From: Chthoniobacteraceae bacterium
GTDB lineage: Bacteria; Verrucomicrobiota; Verrucomicrobiia; Chthoniobacterales; Chthoniobacteraceae
DNA length: 42,004 bases
NCBI GenBank assembly: GCA_037190965.1
Contig: JBBCKI010000043.1
Span: forward strand, 1 to 42,004
Direction of reading: 5' to 3'
Of the stretch, positions 1 through 11,008 are shown in pieces (the stretch's first letter is position 1; each line of letters begins with the position of its first letter). A program made the position numbers and the translations under genes. Below the pieces are notes generated by a model. That model was not told the DNA's origin, did not search any database, and saw only the letters and a program-made list of their open reading frames with translations.

Positions 1-142
1 CGCGGGATTTGATTAAGAGTCGCGTTTGACGTTCATCCCCGCAGGACGGGCTGCTGGTATCAGGATGCAGCCCTCATGAAGCCACGGGGGCCGATACCCG
101 CGCTCGGCGGCGCGAGCGGGCTACCGGTGCTGCCGCACCAAT
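1..142 (-). repeat. REP-doublet (REPIN-like) dispersed repeat, copy 1, truncated by window start
   Basis: Reverse complement (TTGGTGCGGCAGCACCGGTAGCCCGCTCGCGCCG...CCTGCGGGGATG...AAACGCGAC...ATCCCGCG) aligns with 27046-27197 and 38456-38586; lies just downstream of the helicase stop codon. Confidence 0.8.
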
Positions 143-144
143 GG

Positions 145-2151
145 TCAAAACGGATTTCCCGCGATGCGCCACTCTTCGAGCTTCTTCCTCGGGATCTCCT
201 CAAGAAACCGGGAGGGGCGCTGGAGCGTCTCCCCGTATCCGGCGTTGAGCCGTAGCAGCGGGTAGGTAAGATAAAGCTCGTCCTCCGCCCGGGTGACGGC
301 GACATAGAAGAGGCGACGCTCTTCTTCGATGGCCTCTTCGGTGTCGAGCGAGCGGGAACTTGGAAACATCCCCTCCGTCATCCAGATGACGAAGACGACG
401 CGCCATTCGAGCCCCTTGGCCTGGTGGATGCTGGAAAGCGTCACCTTTTCCCGGTCCTCATTCGCATCGCCCGCAAACTCCGTCTCCAGATTGCTCATCA
501 ACGCAAGCTGATCGAGAAACTCGGCGGGGTTCTGGTATTGCCGGGCGTACTGGGTCAACGTGTTGAGATCTTCCCGCCGCGCCTCGTAGTTGGGGAACTT
601 GGCGCGGAGATAGTCGTCGTAAACCGCTTCGGTCACGCTGTTGAGCATCTCGGCGGGCGGCAGCGGAGCGCCGGAAGGAGCGATCTCCTCCAGAGTAAAG
701 GCCAGTTGCTCCCACGCCTTGCGCGCTTTGGCGGGGACCTTCAGCGGACGCAGCAGCGTTTCAAACGATTCGACGCCAACGCTTGCCCCAAGGCTCTTTT
801 CCACCGAGGCCCAGAGCTGCTCGGCGGAACGCGCGCCGATCCCCGGCAGCAGGCGCACCATCCGCTTGAAGGCGACTTCGTCCCTCGGGTTTACGGCGAA
901 CTTCAGGAATGCGGCGGCATCCTTCACGTGCGCCTGCTCAAAGAAGCGGAGACCGCTGGTGATCGAGAACGGGATGCCGTGGCGCGTCAGCTCCATTTGC
1001 AGTTCCATCGAGTGGTAGTGGGCGCGGTAAAGGATCGCGATCTGATCGAGTTCCACCCCTTGCTCACGCAATTCCAACAGCCGCTGGGCGATAAAGAGAG
1101 CCTGCTCGTTGGAAGTCCCCAGCGGCACCAGCGCCGGTTTGACGCCGGAGGCGGCGCGGGCGGGCTGGAGATGCTTTTCGAACTGCCGCGTGTTATTGGC
1201 GATGGCCGCGTTGGCCACTTCCAGCACCTCGGGGATGCTTCGGTAGTTCGTCTCGATCTTGTAGACCTGCGCGCCGGGGTAACGCTTCGGGAATTGCAGG
1301 ATGTTCTGAAAATTCGCCCCGCGCCACGAGTAGATCGACTGCGCGTCGTCGCCCACCACCATGACGTTTTTGTGCTCGCGCGCCAGAACGTCAATGAAGT
1401 CGGCCTGAAGCCGGTTGGTGTCCTGATATTCGTCGACGAGGATGAACTGGAACTGCGAACGGTAATGGGCGGCAATCGTTTCGTCACGCTCAAGGAGGCG
1501 AAGCGGTTTTTCGAGCAGGTCGTCGAAATCCATCGCGTTCGCCAGCTTTTTGCGGGCCTCATAGCGGCGGCCGATATCCTCGATCACTTCCTGGAACTCC
1601 AGAAAATAGGGGTAACGCCCGGCGAGCACCTCCTCGATGCTTTCGCCTGTGTTGAGCGCGTAGCTGAGAATATCGGCGATCACCTCGCCCTTTGGGAACC
1701 GCTTGTCTTTTGGATCGATACCTGCGGCGGCGATTACGGGCTCGAGGAGATCCTGCTGATCTTCCCGGTCCATGATGGAGAACCCGGGGGCGAACCCGGC
1801 TTCCGTCGCGTGACGCCGCAGGATGCGGTTGCCGACGGAGTGAAAGGTGCCGCCCCAGAGCCCAACCGTGCGGTCGGGGAGAAGGGCTTCGACGCGTTCG
1901 AGCATCTCGCGCGCCGCTTTATTGGTGAAGGTCAGAAGGAGGATGTTGGAAGGTGAGATGCCGTTCTCCAGCAGGTAGGCCACCCGGTAGGTGAGCGTCC
2001 GCGTTTTGCCGCTCCCGGCTCCTGCGATCACGAGCGCGGGCCCGGGCGGGGCCTGAACAGCCGCGAGTTGCTGCGGGTTGAGTTCCGCGGCGTAGTCGAT
2101 CCGGGCTTCCGTGGCGGCCGGATGGCGATGGAGCGTATAAATGCGGGCCAT
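145..2151 (-). CDS. ATP-dependent DNA helicase, UvrD/PcrA/Rep family
   Basis: Motifs LNPQQ, AGAGSGKT, LTFTNKAA, VDEYQD, VGDDAQSIY, NYRS, HQAKGLEW, EERRLFYVAVTRA; start placed at MARIY (2151) rather than the ORF-track start at 2226. Confidence 0.95.
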   Translation of the reverse strand: MARIYTLHRHPAATEARIDYAAELNPQQLAAVQAPPGPALVIAGAGSGKTRTLTYRVAYLLENGISPSNILLLTFTNKAAREMLERVEALLPDRTVGLWGGTFHSVGNRILRRHATEAGFAPGFSIMDREDQQDLLEPVIAAAGIDPKDKRFPKGEVIADILSYALNTGESIEEVLAGRYPYFLEFQEVIEDIGRRYEARKKLANAMDFDDLLEKPLRLLERDETIAAHYRSQFQFILVDEYQDTNRLQADFIDVLAREHKNVMVVGDDAQSIYSWRGANFQNILQFPKRYPGAQVYKIETNYRSIPEVLEVANAAIANNTRQFEKHLQPARAASGVKPALVPLGTSNEQALFIAQRLLELREQGVELDQIAILYRAHYHSMELQMELTRHGIPFSITSGLRFFEQAHVKDAAAFLKFAVNPRDEVAFKRMVRLLPGIGARSAEQLWASVEKSLGASVGVESFETLLRPLKVPAKARKAWEQLAFTLEEIAPSGAPLPPAEMLNSVTEAVYDDYLRAKFPNYEARREDLNTLTQYARQYQNPAEFLDQLALMSNLETEFAGDANEDREKVTLSSIHQAKGLEWRVVFVIWMTEGMFPSSRSLDTEEAIEEERRLFYVAVTRAEDELYLTYPLLRLNAGYGETLQRPSRFLEEIPRKKLEEWRIAGNPF

Positions 2152-2413
2152 ATACAAGGGGCAATATCTGCCAGATTGCCCGCTCCCGCCAAGAACGGAA
2201 AAGAAAATGCCGGGAAACGGGTGCATGCCGCACCATTTTATATTTTCATGCGTTGGAAAGATTTCGCGCCAAGCTCGCGAAGCCCGCCAAGTTTCAAGCC
2301 CTTCTTTCTTGGTGATCTTTCCGTCCTTGGCGCGAGATGTTCCTGTCTCGATTTGGCCCTACGCACAAAAGTTGCTCGCGTCCGCCTCTGTGTCACTCTA
2401 ATCAATAACTTCT

Positions 2414-2866
2414 ATGAATTTGCAGCAACAGATCGATATAGACTTGAAGGAGGCGATGAAGGCGCGGGCCGCGGAGAAGCTGGCCGTGCTGCGAATGCTC
2501 AAATCCGCCCTGAAGAATGCGGCCATCGAAAAGGGTGGGGCGGAGGCCACGCTGGATGATACCGAAGCCTCGGCGGTCATCCGCAAGCAGGTCAAACAAC
2601 GTTACGATTCCATCGAAGGCTTTGAAAAAGGAGGCCGCCCCGAACTCGCCGCCAAGGAGCGCACCGAGTTGGAGATTCTTTCCGTGTACCTGCCCGCGGC
2701 TTTATCTCCGGAAGAACTCGCGGCGTTGGTGAAGGAAGCCATTGCCGAATCCGGCGCAACTGCCAAGGCGCAGATGGGGGCCGTGATGAAGATCGCCACC
2801 GCCAAGGCCGCCGGACGCGTGGACGGCAAGGCCCTGAGCCAGGAAGTTCAGCGGCAGTTGGTGTAA
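2414..2866 (+). CDS. GatB/YqeY domain protein
   Basis: DLKEAMKA...LRMLKSAL...KQVKQRYDSIEGFEKGGRPELAAKE...YLP...MGAVMK...GRVDGK pattern. Confidence 0.92.
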   Translation: MNLQQQIDIDLKEAMKARAAEKLAVLRMLKSALKNAAIEKGGAEATLDDTEASAVIRKQVKQRYDSIEGFEKGGRPELAAKERTELEILSVYLPAALSPEELAALVKEAIAESGATAKAQMGAVMKIATAKAAGRVDGKALSQEVQRQLV

Positions 2867-2873
2867 GGAACCG

Positions 2874-3554
2874 ATGATCGCGATTCTGGTCGCCGCCGGG
2901 AGCAGCCGGCGCATGGGGTTCGACAAGCTCACCGCGCCGCTTGCGGCCAAGCCGGTCGCCGCGCATTCGCTCCTGGCTTTCGAGCAAAGCGCGAGCGTGC
3001 GGCGGATCGTCGTCGTGACCCGGGAGGATCGTGTAGCGGAGTTCGAGGCGATCGGGCGCGACCATGGCATTTCGAAGCTGACGTGCGTCGTTCCGGGAGG
3101 AGCCGAACGGCATCTCTCCGTCTGGAATGGATTGCAAAACGGCGACTTCAGGGTGGGGGATTACGTCGCGGTGCATGACGCCGCTCGTCCCTTGATCACG
3201 CCCGCCGCCATCGAGGCCTGTCTGGCTCTCGCCAAAGAACATGGCGCGGCGGCCTGTGCGGCGCCTGTGGCCGATACCCTCAAACGCGCCACGCCGGAAG
3301 GCTTCGTGGCCGACAGCGTGGAGCGCGATCATCTTTGGTCGATGCAAACTCCGCAAATCTTTCTGGCGGAGCTGCTGGAGCGTGCCTACAAGGAGGTGCT
3401 ACAGGCCGGGGCGCTGGTGACCGACGAGGTCTCCGCCGTCCAACGGCTGGGGCATCCCGTGGCTCTCTACAGGAATGACGAACCAAATTTTAAAATCACT
3501 CTTCCGCGAGATCTCGATCTCGCCAGTCTTGTGCTTGCGGCCCGAGGCGCCTGA
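2874..3554 (+). CDS. ispD: 2-C-methyl-D-erythritol 4-phosphate cytidylyltransferase
   Basis: AAGSSRRMG, GGAERHLSV, VHDAARP, QTPQIF, TDE, NFKIT motifs. Confidence 0.93.
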   Translation: MIAILVAAGSSRRMGFDKLTAPLAAKPVAAHSLLAFEQSASVRRIVVVTREDRVAEFEAIGRDHGISKLTCVVPGGAERHLSVWNGLQNGDFRVGDYVAVHDAARPLITPAAIEACLALAKEHGAAACAAPVADTLKRATPEGFVADSVERDHLWSMQTPQIFLAELLERAYKEVLQAGALVTDEVSAVQRLGHPVALYRNDEPNFKITLPRDLDLASLVLAARGA

Positions 3555-3566
3555 CATCTCCTTAAA

Positions 3567-4832
3567 ATGAACGCCTACCGTCTCACCACGCTCCCCAACG
3601 GCACGCGCGTCGCCTCCATTGAAATGCCGCATATGCGGACCGTCAGCGTCGGCGTGTGGGCGGCAGTGGGTGGGCGTTATGAGCCGAAATCGCTCTGCGG
3701 CATCTCGCACTTCACGGAGCATCTTCTTTTCAAGGGGACCAAAAAGCGGACCTCTCGCAAGATCACGGAAGCCGTGGAAGGAGTGGGGGGATACCTCAAC
3801 GCATTCACTACGGAGGACCACACTTGCTACTACGCCAAGGCCGGGTCGGGGCATCTGGCCGGGTTGTGCGATGTGCTGGGGGATATGTACCTCAACTCGC
3901 AGTTTGCCCCGGCGGAAATCGAGCGGGAGCGCGAGGTGATCGGCGAGGAAATTCACATGGTGCACGACAATCCGTCGCAGCATGTGCAGGAGCTTCTTTC
4001 CGAAGCTCTCTGGCCCAATCATCCGCTCGGGCGGCCCCTTACAGGGAGCGCGGAGAGCATCGCCGGGCTCGACCGCGATGCCTTTCTCGATTTCACCCGC
4101 AAATACTATACGGGTCGCACCACCATCGTCACCGTGGCCGGGCAGACAACGCACGAATGCGTGCTTGAGCAGATTGCCCCGGTATTCGGAGCGCTCCCAG
4201 GTGGCAGGTTGCCCCGCTACGCGCGGCCCGGCGTTCCGGCAAGCGACAGGCCCAGCGTGGTCACCGTCAAACAGGAGATCGAGCAGAGCCATCTCGCCCT
4301 CGGGTTCCACGCATTCGGGCGGCAGGACGAACGGCGTTACGCGCTCAAGCTCCTTAGCGTGATCCTTGGGGAAAACATGAGTTCGCGCCTGTTCCAGAAG
4401 CTTCGGGAGCGTCATGGGCTTTGCTATTCCGTGCAAAGCAGCGTCGTGGCGCTGGAGGACACGGGGGCGCTGACCGTCTTTGCCGCGCTTGATCCTGCAA
4501 ATCTGGAGAAGGCCGTGGTGATGATCCTGCGGGAGCTTGAACGCCTTCGCGATCGCGCCCCCAGCCGAAGCGAGTTGCGCAAAGCCCAGGATTATACGAT
4601 TGGTCAAACCTTGATGGGGCTGGAGAGCACCACCAACCAGATGATGTGGATGGGGGAATCGCTCCTGAGCTACAGGAAAGTCGTCGATCCCGCCGATGTG
4701 GAACGGCGTCTTCTCGCAGTCACGCCGGAGGAGATTCGCGCCATTGCGGATCTCTGTCTTTCGAGGGCCAGGACCGCCCTGGCGGTCGCCGGAGAGGTCC
4801 CCGACGCGGAAAAAATACGCGGCTGGCTCTAG
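3567..4832 (+). CDS. M16 family (pitrilysin-like) zinc peptidase
   Basis: Inverted zinc motif HFTEH, LNAFT, HPLGRP, SSRLFQKLRERHGLCY. Confidence 0.93.
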   Translation: MNAYRLTTLPNGTRVASIEMPHMRTVSVGVWAAVGGRYEPKSLCGISHFTEHLLFKGTKKRTSRKITEAVEGVGGYLNAFTTEDHTCYYAKAGSGHLAGLCDVLGDMYLNSQFAPAEIEREREVIGEEIHMVHDNPSQHVQELLSEALWPNHPLGRPLTGSAESIAGLDRDAFLDFTRKYYTGRTTIVTVAGQTTHECVLEQIAPVFGALPGGRLPRYARPGVPASDRPSVVTVKQEIEQSHLALGFHAFGRQDERRYALKLLSVILGENMSSRLFQKLRERHGLCYSVQSSVVALEDTGALTVFAALDPANLEKAVVMILRELERLRDRAPSRSELRKAQDYTIGQTLMGLESTTNQMMWMGESLLSYRKVVDPADVERRLLAVTPEEIRAIADLCLSRARTALAVAGEVPDAEKIRGWL

Positions 4833-4992
4833 TACCTTGTAACAGAGAAAATGGCGCATCTAGCTTGTCTTTTTGGCCCAGGGCTGCGTTGTCAGCCCAA
4901 GGTGCTATCTTCAGATAGCGCCTTGAGCTTCCGCATTGTCCTGAACCAAAAATCCGGCGCTCCATGCGCCATTTTCCTTGTTACAAGATACT
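4831..4992. mobile_element. MITE-like palindromic element (162 bp)
   Basis: Terminal inverted repeats 4831-4859 and 4964-4992 match at 26/29 nt; internal hairpin CAAGGTGCTATC-TTCA-GATAGCGCCTTG; no convincing coding capacity. Confidence 0.7.
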
Positions 4993-5100
4993 GATGAAGA
5001 AATTGCAGGTTGCAGAAATTGCGCCGACAATCTGTAATCGCCGCCCCATCTGCCCTTCAAACGGCGCATTGTAAAATTTTAGAAACCATCGAACCCATCC

Positions 5101-6459
5101 ATGAACGTCCAATTAGAGAATCTGCCGAATTGCCTTACCACGGTGCGCGTTGAAATTCCTGCCGAGGAAGGTGCGAAGACCTGGAACGAAATCGCCAACG
5201 AATACGCGCAGTACGCCAAGCTCCCCGGGTATCGCCCCGGCAAAGCGCCCCGCGCCATCGTCGAAGCCAAGTTCAAGAAGGAGATCAAAGAAGAAGCGCA
5301 GAACCGTCTGCTCTCCAACTCCGTTCGGGATGCCGTCAAGGAACACAACCTCCGCTACCTTTCCGTCTCCAACGTGGAAGACCTGGAGTTCGCCTCCGAC
5401 AAGAGCCTTCGCTTCACGGCCACGCTCGTCACGGCCCCGGTATTCGACCTGCCGGAATACAAAGGGATCGCCGTCGAACTCCCCTCCGCCGAGGTCACTG
5501 ACGCCGACATCGATCAGGGGATCGACCGCCTCCGCGAACAGCACGCCGAGTTCAAGGACGTGACCGACCGCGTGGTCGCCGCCGAAGATTTCGCCGTCAT
5601 CACCTACACCGGCACCCTCGACGGCAAGCCGGTTGACGAAGCCGCTCCCGGCGCATCCAAGCGTCTCTCTGGCAACTCCGATTTCTGGATCAAGCTGAGC
5701 CCGGATGCGTTGCTGCCCGGCTTCAGCGAGAAGATCGCCGGAGCTGCCATCGGCGAAACCCGTGAGTTCGACATCGAGCTTCCCGCCGATTTTGTCGTGA
5801 CCCCGGTTGCCGGCAAGACGCTGCACTACTCCGTGACGCTCAACGGCATCAAGGAGAAGACGCTCCCCGAAGCCGACGACGCCTTTGCCTCCAGCCTCAT
5901 CGAGGGCAAGACCATCGCGGAACTTCGCGAGATCGCCCGCACGGAACTCGGCCGCCAGAAGCAGTTCGAAGTCGAGCAGGAGAAGCGCAACCAGATCCTC
6001 AAGCAGCTCATCGACAAAGTGGAGTGCGAACTCCCCGAAGGGCATGTCCGTAGCGAAACTCACCGCGTCCTGACCGACCTCATCAACGAAAACCGTAATC
6101 GCGGCCTTTCGGACGACGACATCAAGGAAGGCCAGCAGGAATTGCTCGCCTCGGCCGCTCAGGCCGCGCGCGACCGCCTCAAGGCGACCTTCATCCTCCT
6201 CCGCATCGGCGAAGAGGAGAAGATTGCCGTCGCCCGCGAGGAATTCGAAGGACGCCTCGCCCAGATGGCGATGCGCTACAACATGCCCGCCGACAAGCTG
6301 CGGAAAGACCTCGAAAAGGCCGGCTCCCTGGAGAAGGTCCACGAGGAAATCCTCACCGGCAAGGTTCTTGATTTCCTTGCCTCCAATGTTAGCGTAACGG
6401 CACAAGCCCCTGAAGCCGCCACGGATGCTGCTCCTGAAGCCGCTCCCGAAGCCAGCTAA
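5101..6459 (+). CDS. tig: Trigger factor
   Basis: Ribosome-binding PGYRPGKAP signature, FKBP-like middle domain, position upstream of clpP-clpX. Confidence 0.95.
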   Translation: MNVQLENLPNCLTTVRVEIPAEEGAKTWNEIANEYAQYAKLPGYRPGKAPRAIVEAKFKKEIKEEAQNRLLSNSVRDAVKEHNLRYLSVSNVEDLEFASDKSLRFTATLVTAPVFDLPEYKGIAVELPSAEVTDADIDQGIDRLREQHAEFKDVTDRVVAAEDFAVITYTGTLDGKPVDEAAPGASKRLSGNSDFWIKLSPDALLPGFSEKIAGAAIGETREFDIELPADFVVTPVAGKTLHYSVTLNGIKEKTLPEADDAFASSLIEGKTIAELREIARTELGRQKQFEVEQEKRNQILKQLIDKVECELPEGHVRSETHRVLTDLINENRNRGLSDDDIKEGQQELLASAAQAARDRLKATFILLRIGEEEKIAVAREEFEGRLAQMAMRYNMPADKLRKDLEKAGSLEKVHEEILTGKVLDFLASNVSVTAQAPEAATDAAPEAAPEAS

Positions 6460-6477
6460 GGACGAACCACCTTTATT

Positions 6478-7230
6478 ATGATCGCGAAACCAGGCTCTCA
6501 TTCCAGTCCGGATTGGGCGGCGCAGTCGCCCCTTCTCGCCCATCGCAGCATCCCCCAGAATCTGCTCATCCCCACGGTGATCGAGCAGACGGGCCGGGGC
6601 GAACGCGCGTATGACATCTACTCGCGCCTGCTCAAGGACCGGATCATCTTCCTGGGCACCGCCGTGGACGATCACGTGGCCAATATCGTGATCGCCCAGA
6701 TGCTCTTCCTCCAGATGGAGGACGGGAAGAAGGACATTCACCTCTACATCAACTCGCCGGGCGGTTCCGTCACGGCGGGGCTGGCCATCTACGACACGAT
6801 GCAGTTCGTCACGTGCGACGTGACGACCTACTGCCTCGGGATGGCGGCCAGCATGGGGGCGGTTCTCCTCGCGGCGGGAACGAAGGGCAAGCGTTACGCG
6901 CTCCCGAACTCCGACATCATGATCCACCAGGTCTCCGGCGGCGCCCAAGGGCAGGCCAGCGACGTGGAGCGGCAGGTCGAGTTCATGTTCAAGCTCAAGA
7001 AGCGGCTCAACCGTATCCTCGCGGCCCATACCGGGAAGCCCGAGGATGTCGTGAAGACCGATTCGGATCGCGACTACTACATGACTGCCACCGAAGCCAA
7101 GGAGTACGGCTTGGTGGACCACGTGGTGGAGTCGCGCAAGGACGTCAAAGTCGAACCGAAGACCGACACGGTCACCGTCGTCGAACCGAAGGGGTCCGAG
7201 CCGAAAGCTCCCGAAACGAAAGAATCCTAA
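6478..7230 (+). CDS. clpP: ATP-dependent Clp protease proteolytic subunit
   Basis: [43 protein letters not shown]; has N- and C-terminal extensions. Confidence 0.97.
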   Translation: MIAKPGSHSSPDWAAQSPLLAHRSIPQNLLIPTVIEQTGRGERAYDIYSRLLKDRIIFLGTAVDDHVANIVIAQMLFLQMEDGKKDIHLYINSPGGSVTAGLAIYDTMQFVTCDVTTYCLGMAASMGAVLLAAGTKGKRYALPNSDIMIHQVSGGAQGQASDVERQVEFMFKLKKRLNRILAAHTGKPEDVVKTDSDRDYYMTATEAKEYGLVDHVVESRKDVKVEPKTDTVTVVEPKGSEPKAPETKES

Positions 7231-7245
7231 AGATCCAATAATGCC

Positions 7246-7288
7246 TGCCGAAGCCTGACTTGATCGGGCTTCGGCACGGCCTTTCTCT
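7246..7288 (+). terminator. Stem-loop between clpP and clpX (weak terminator or mRNA-stability hairpin)
   Basis: TGCCGAAGCCTGA / TCGGGCTTCGGCA stem followed by a CT-rich rather than pure T tail. Confidence 0.45.
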
Positions 7289-7312
7289 CCCAACCTCTCT
7301 GCACTCTCTTTA

Positions 7313-8614
7313 ATGGCGCGAGCATCCAACCTGACCATGTGCTCCTTCTGCGGCAAAAGCCACGCGGAAGTGAGGAAGTTGATCGCCGGCCCGGGCGTTT
7401 ATATCTGCGATTCCTGTATTAATGTCTGTAAGGGCATTCTGGAGAAGGAGTTAAACGAAGACGCCCGCCGAACGGCTCCCAGCCTCCGCGTGCCCAAGCC
7501 GATGGAAATCCGTCGCGCGCTCGACCTGCATGTGATCGGGCAGGATCGCGCCAAGAAGGTGCTCTCCGTTGCGGTTCACAACCACTACAAGCGAGTGTTG
7601 CAGGGGGCGGCTCCCGTCGAAGCTGGTGAGGACGCCAAGGGACAGAAGACGCTGGAGGTCGATCCCCTCGCGGATGTGGAGATCGAAAAGAGCAACATCC
7701 TCCTGATCGGGCCGACCGGCTCGGGCAAGACGCTGCTCGCCAAGACTTTGGCCCGTATCCTCGATGTGCCTTTCTGCATCGCCGATGCCACGACGCTGAC
7801 GGAGGCCGGTTATGTGGGCGAGGATGTCGAGAACATCATCCTGCGCCTCCTTCAGAGCGCGGATTACGACGTCAAGCGCGCGGAGATCGGCATCGTCTAC
7901 ATTGACGAAATCGACAAGATCGGCCGCAAGACCGACAACGTCTCCATTACCCGCGACGTTTCCGGCGAAGGGGTGCAGCAGGCGCTCCTCAAGATTTTGG
8001 AAGGAACGACGTGCAATGTGCCGCCCCAAGGCGGCCGCAAGCACCCTCACCAGGAGTATATCCAGATCAACACCGAGAAGATCCTCTTCATCTGCGGGGG
8101 AGCCTTTGTCGGCCTGGACAAGATCGTGCAGCGCCGGTTGAGCAAAAGGGTGCTCGGGTTCGGCTCCCAGGGGTCGAATGCGGACGAAGCCGAACTGACC
8201 CGCGAGGCACTCGCGCAGGCGGAGCCAGAGGATCTGCTCTCTTTTGGGATGATCCCCGAGTTCATCGGTCGTCTCCCGGTCGTCACCGCCCTCAACCAGC
8301 TTACCGAGGATGAATTGGTCAGCATTCTGACCGACACCAAGAACTCCATGATCAAGCAGTACGTAAAGCTGATGGCGATGGAAGGGGTGAGCCTTTCCGT
8401 CACCAAGGAAGCTTTGCGGGCGCTGGCCGCCGAGGCCGTCTCCAAAGGAACCGGAGCGCGAGCCTTGCGTTCGATGCTGGAGAGAATCATGCTCGATGTC
8501 ATGTACGAAGTCCCCAGCCGCGAAGACGTGGCCGATGTCACCATTAACCGGGCGGTGGTGGAGGGGAAGAAAGCGCCGTTGATCCGAAAGAAACAGGATA
8601 AAGACGCCGCTTGA
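7313..8614 (+). CDS. clpX: ATP-dependent Clp protease ATP-binding subunit
   Basis: CSFCGK zinc finger, [45 protein letters not shown]. Confidence 0.98.
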   Translation: MARASNLTMCSFCGKSHAEVRKLIAGPGVYICDSCINVCKGILEKELNEDARRTAPSLRVPKPMEIRRALDLHVIGQDRAKKVLSVAVHNHYKRVLQGAAPVEAGEDAKGQKTLEVDPLADVEIEKSNILLIGPTGSGKTLLAKTLARILDVPFCIADATTLTEAGYVGEDVENIILRLLQSADYDVKRAEIGIVYIDEIDKIGRKTDNVSITRDVSGEGVQQALLKILEGTTCNVPPQGGRKHPHQEYIQINTEKILFICGGAFVGLDKIVQRRLSKRVLGFGSQGSNADEAELTREALAQAEPEDLLSFGMIPEFIGRLPVVTALNQLTEDELVSILTDTKNSMIKQYVKLMAMEGVSLSVTKEALRALAAEAVSKGTGARALRSMLERIMLDVMYEVPSREDVADVTINRAVVEGKKAPLIRKKQDKDAA

Positions 8615-8660
8615 GATTGGCAGCGTCCAACAACCCCTTGCCAGCCGTTACGATACACAG

Positions 8661-9971
8661 ATGAAAAAGCGGCTCCTCGTCACCACGGCAGTGCTGCTGG
8701 CTGGGTTTGCCGGCATTGGCATCATTAACGCCTCGTCCACTTCCAACGCCGAGGAGGACAACGGCTACGCCAACATCGCCGTGCTCACGAGGGCGATGCA
8801 GTTGATCCGGCAGGATTACGTTGACGACAAAAAGACGACCTACCGGGCGTTGATCTACGCCGCGCTCAAGGGGATGCTCAATTCGCTCGACCCTCACAGC
8901 CAGTTCATGGAGCCGCGCGACCTCAAGGGGATGGAGGACGAGACGAAGAGCGAGTTTAGCGGGCTCGGCGTCACCGTCACCATGCGAGACGGCACGCTTA
9001 CCATCGTCACCCCGATGGAGGATACCCCCGGTTCCAAGGCCGGCCTGCTGCCGGGGGATCAGATCCTGCGGATCAACGGGACCTCCACGGAGAAGATGGA
9101 GCTGAACGGCGCGGTCGATCAGCTTCGCGGCGCGCCCGGCGAGAAGATCACCCTCACGATTCTCCGGCCTTCCACCAAGCAGATCAAAGACTTCGAGATG
9201 GAGCGCGCCATCATCAAGGTGCAGAGCGTGAAAGGAGCGCGGTTGATCGAGCCCGAACTGAGCGGTGACGCGAAGATCGGCTACGTCCGCATCACGCAGT
9301 TTGCCGAGCCGACGGCCACCGAACTGGGGGCCAAGCTCGACCTTCTGGAGAAGCAGGGGATGCAGGGCCTGGTGCTCGACCTTCGCTTCAACCCGGGCGG
9401 CCTGCTTAGCAGCGCCGTCGATGTCTGCGGACAGTTTGTGCCGCCGGGAACCATGGTCGTTTATACGGAAGGGCGCGTCCCTTCGCAGAGGCATCCATTC
9501 AAAACCTCCACTTCGGCAAAGGTTCGCCCCAAATACCCGGTGGCCATCCTGATCAACGGCGGCAGCGCCAGCGGCTCCGAAATCGTGGCAGGGGCTCTCA
9601 AGGATCTCAAACGAGCCGTTCTCGTGGGCGAAACGAGTTTTGGCAAAGGAAGCGTGCAGAGCGTGGTTCAACTGCCCGACGGCTCCGGGGTCAGGCTGAC
9701 CACGGCCAAGTATTACACCCCCGGCAAGCAGGTGATCCACGAGAAGGGAGTTTCCCCGCAGATCCGCGCCACCATGACGCCCGAACAGGAGCGCCTCCTC
9801 ATGCTGGAACGCCGGGAATTTCATACCGACGATGACAAGCAAATGCTGGAGAACTTCAGCGACACCCAATTGGAGCGGGCCGTCGACGCTCTCAAGGGAG
9901 CCCTTTTGTACGGGGAAGCGCAACCCGCCATCGCCGAGGGGAAGGCGGAGAAGGCAACGAGAAAACGGTAG
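8661..9971 (+). CDS. S41 family C-terminal processing peptidase (CtpA/Prc-like)
   Basis: Signal peptide, LDPHS, PDZ domain, DLRFNPGG, SASGSEIV, GETSFGKGSVQ. Confidence 0.95.
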   Translation: MKKRLLVTTAVLLAGFAGIGIINASSTSNAEEDNGYANIAVLTRAMQLIRQDYVDDKKTTYRALIYAALKGMLNSLDPHSQFMEPRDLKGMEDETKSEFSGLGVTVTMRDGTLTIVTPMEDTPGSKAGLLPGDQILRINGTSTEKMELNGAVDQLRGAPGEKITLTILRPSTKQIKDFEMERAIIKVQSVKGARLIEPELSGDAKIGYVRITQFAEPTATELGAKLDLLEKQGMQGLVLDLRFNPGGLLSSAVDVCGQFVPPGTMVVYTEGRVPSQRHPFKTSTSAKVRPKYPVAILINGGSASGSEIVAGALKDLKRAVLVGETSFGKGSVQSVVQLPDGSGVRLTTAKYYTPGKQVIHEKGVSPQIRATMTPEQERLLMLERREFHTDDDKQMLENFSDTQLERAVDALKGALLYGEAQPAIAEGKAEKATRKR

Positions 9972-9998
9972 GCGCAGTCGCTTCCGGTTGGTTGAGAC

Positions 9999-10997
9999 AT
10001 GATCGTCCTGGCTATTGAAACTTCGTGCGATGAAACCGCCGTCGCGGTGCATTGCGAAGAACGCGGATTGCTCGCGAGCGAAGTCGCCTCTCAGATTGCC
10101 ATTCACCGGACCTACGGAGGCGTGGTGCCCGAGGTCGCTTCGCGCAGCCATTTGACCCAGCTTCGCCCCGTCATCGAATGCGCGCTCGACCGCGCGGGAC
10201 TTGCCCTGGCGGAGATCGATGCCGTGGCGGCGACCGCCGGGCCGGGCCTTGCCACGTCGCTGATGATCGGGATGTCCGCCGCGAAAGGGATCGCCCTGGG
10301 AGCGCGGAAACCGTTCCTTGCCGTCAATCATATCGAGGGACACCTCATTTCGCCGTTCTTTGCGCAACGGGAGGTCACCCCGGCAGTTGGCCTCGTTGTC
10401 AGCGGCGGGCACACGATGCTGGTCGATCTAGAGGAGTTCGGCGTCTACCGGCTGCTTGGCCAGACCCGCGACGACGCGGCAGGGGAAGCTTTCGACAAAG
10501 TCGGCAAGCTGCTTGGGCTTCCGTACCCCGGCGGTCCCGTGATCGACCGGATGGCCCGCGAAGGCGATCCGAAGCGGATTGATTTCCCACGGTCGATGAT
10601 CGACTCGGGCGATTTTCAGTTCAGCTTCAGCGGGTTGAAGACTTCCGTGCGCTACCTGCTTCCCAAGCTGGCTGCGATGCCCGATGTGCGGACGGAGGAT
10701 GTCTGCGCCTCGTTTCAGGAGGCGGTGGTGGATGTTCTTGTAACCAAGACCGTTGCGGCAGCCCGGGCGGCTCACCGGAAGACGGTGGCCGTAAGCGGCG
10801 GGGTGAGCTGCAACAGCCGCCTGCGTATCAAGATGGCGGAGGCCTGCGGGAAAGCCGGGCTGAAGGTGCTGTTTGCCGACCCGACCTTGTGCACCGACAA
10901 CGCCGCGATGATCGCCTTTGTGGCGCTTCACCGGCTGAAGAAAAAAGTCCATTCTTCCTTGACCGCGGACATTGATCCAAATCTGCGACTGGTGTAG
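9999..10997 (+). CDS. tsaD: tRNA N6-adenosine threonylcarbamoyltransferase
   Basis: IETSCDETA, GGVVPEVASRSH, NHIEGH, VSGGHT, DDAAGEAFDK, FSFSGLKT, TDNAAMIA. Confidence 0.97.
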   Translation: MIVLAIETSCDETAVAVHCEERGLLASEVASQIAIHRTYGGVVPEVASRSHLTQLRPVIECALDRAGLALAEIDAVAATAGPGLATSLMIGMSAAKGIALGARKPFLAVNHIEGHLISPFFAQREVTPAVGLVVSGGHTMLVDLEEFGVYRLLGQTRDDAAGEAFDKVGKLLGLPYPGGPVIDRMAREGDPKRIDFPRSMIDSGDFQFSFSGLKTSVRYLLPKLAAMPDVRTEDVCASFQEAVVDVLVTKTVAAARAAHRKTVAVSGGVSCNSRLRIKMAEACGKAGLKVLFADPTLCTDNAAMIAFVALHRLKKKVHSSLTADIDPNLRLV

Positions 10998-11008
10998 CGT
11001 CGTCGGCG

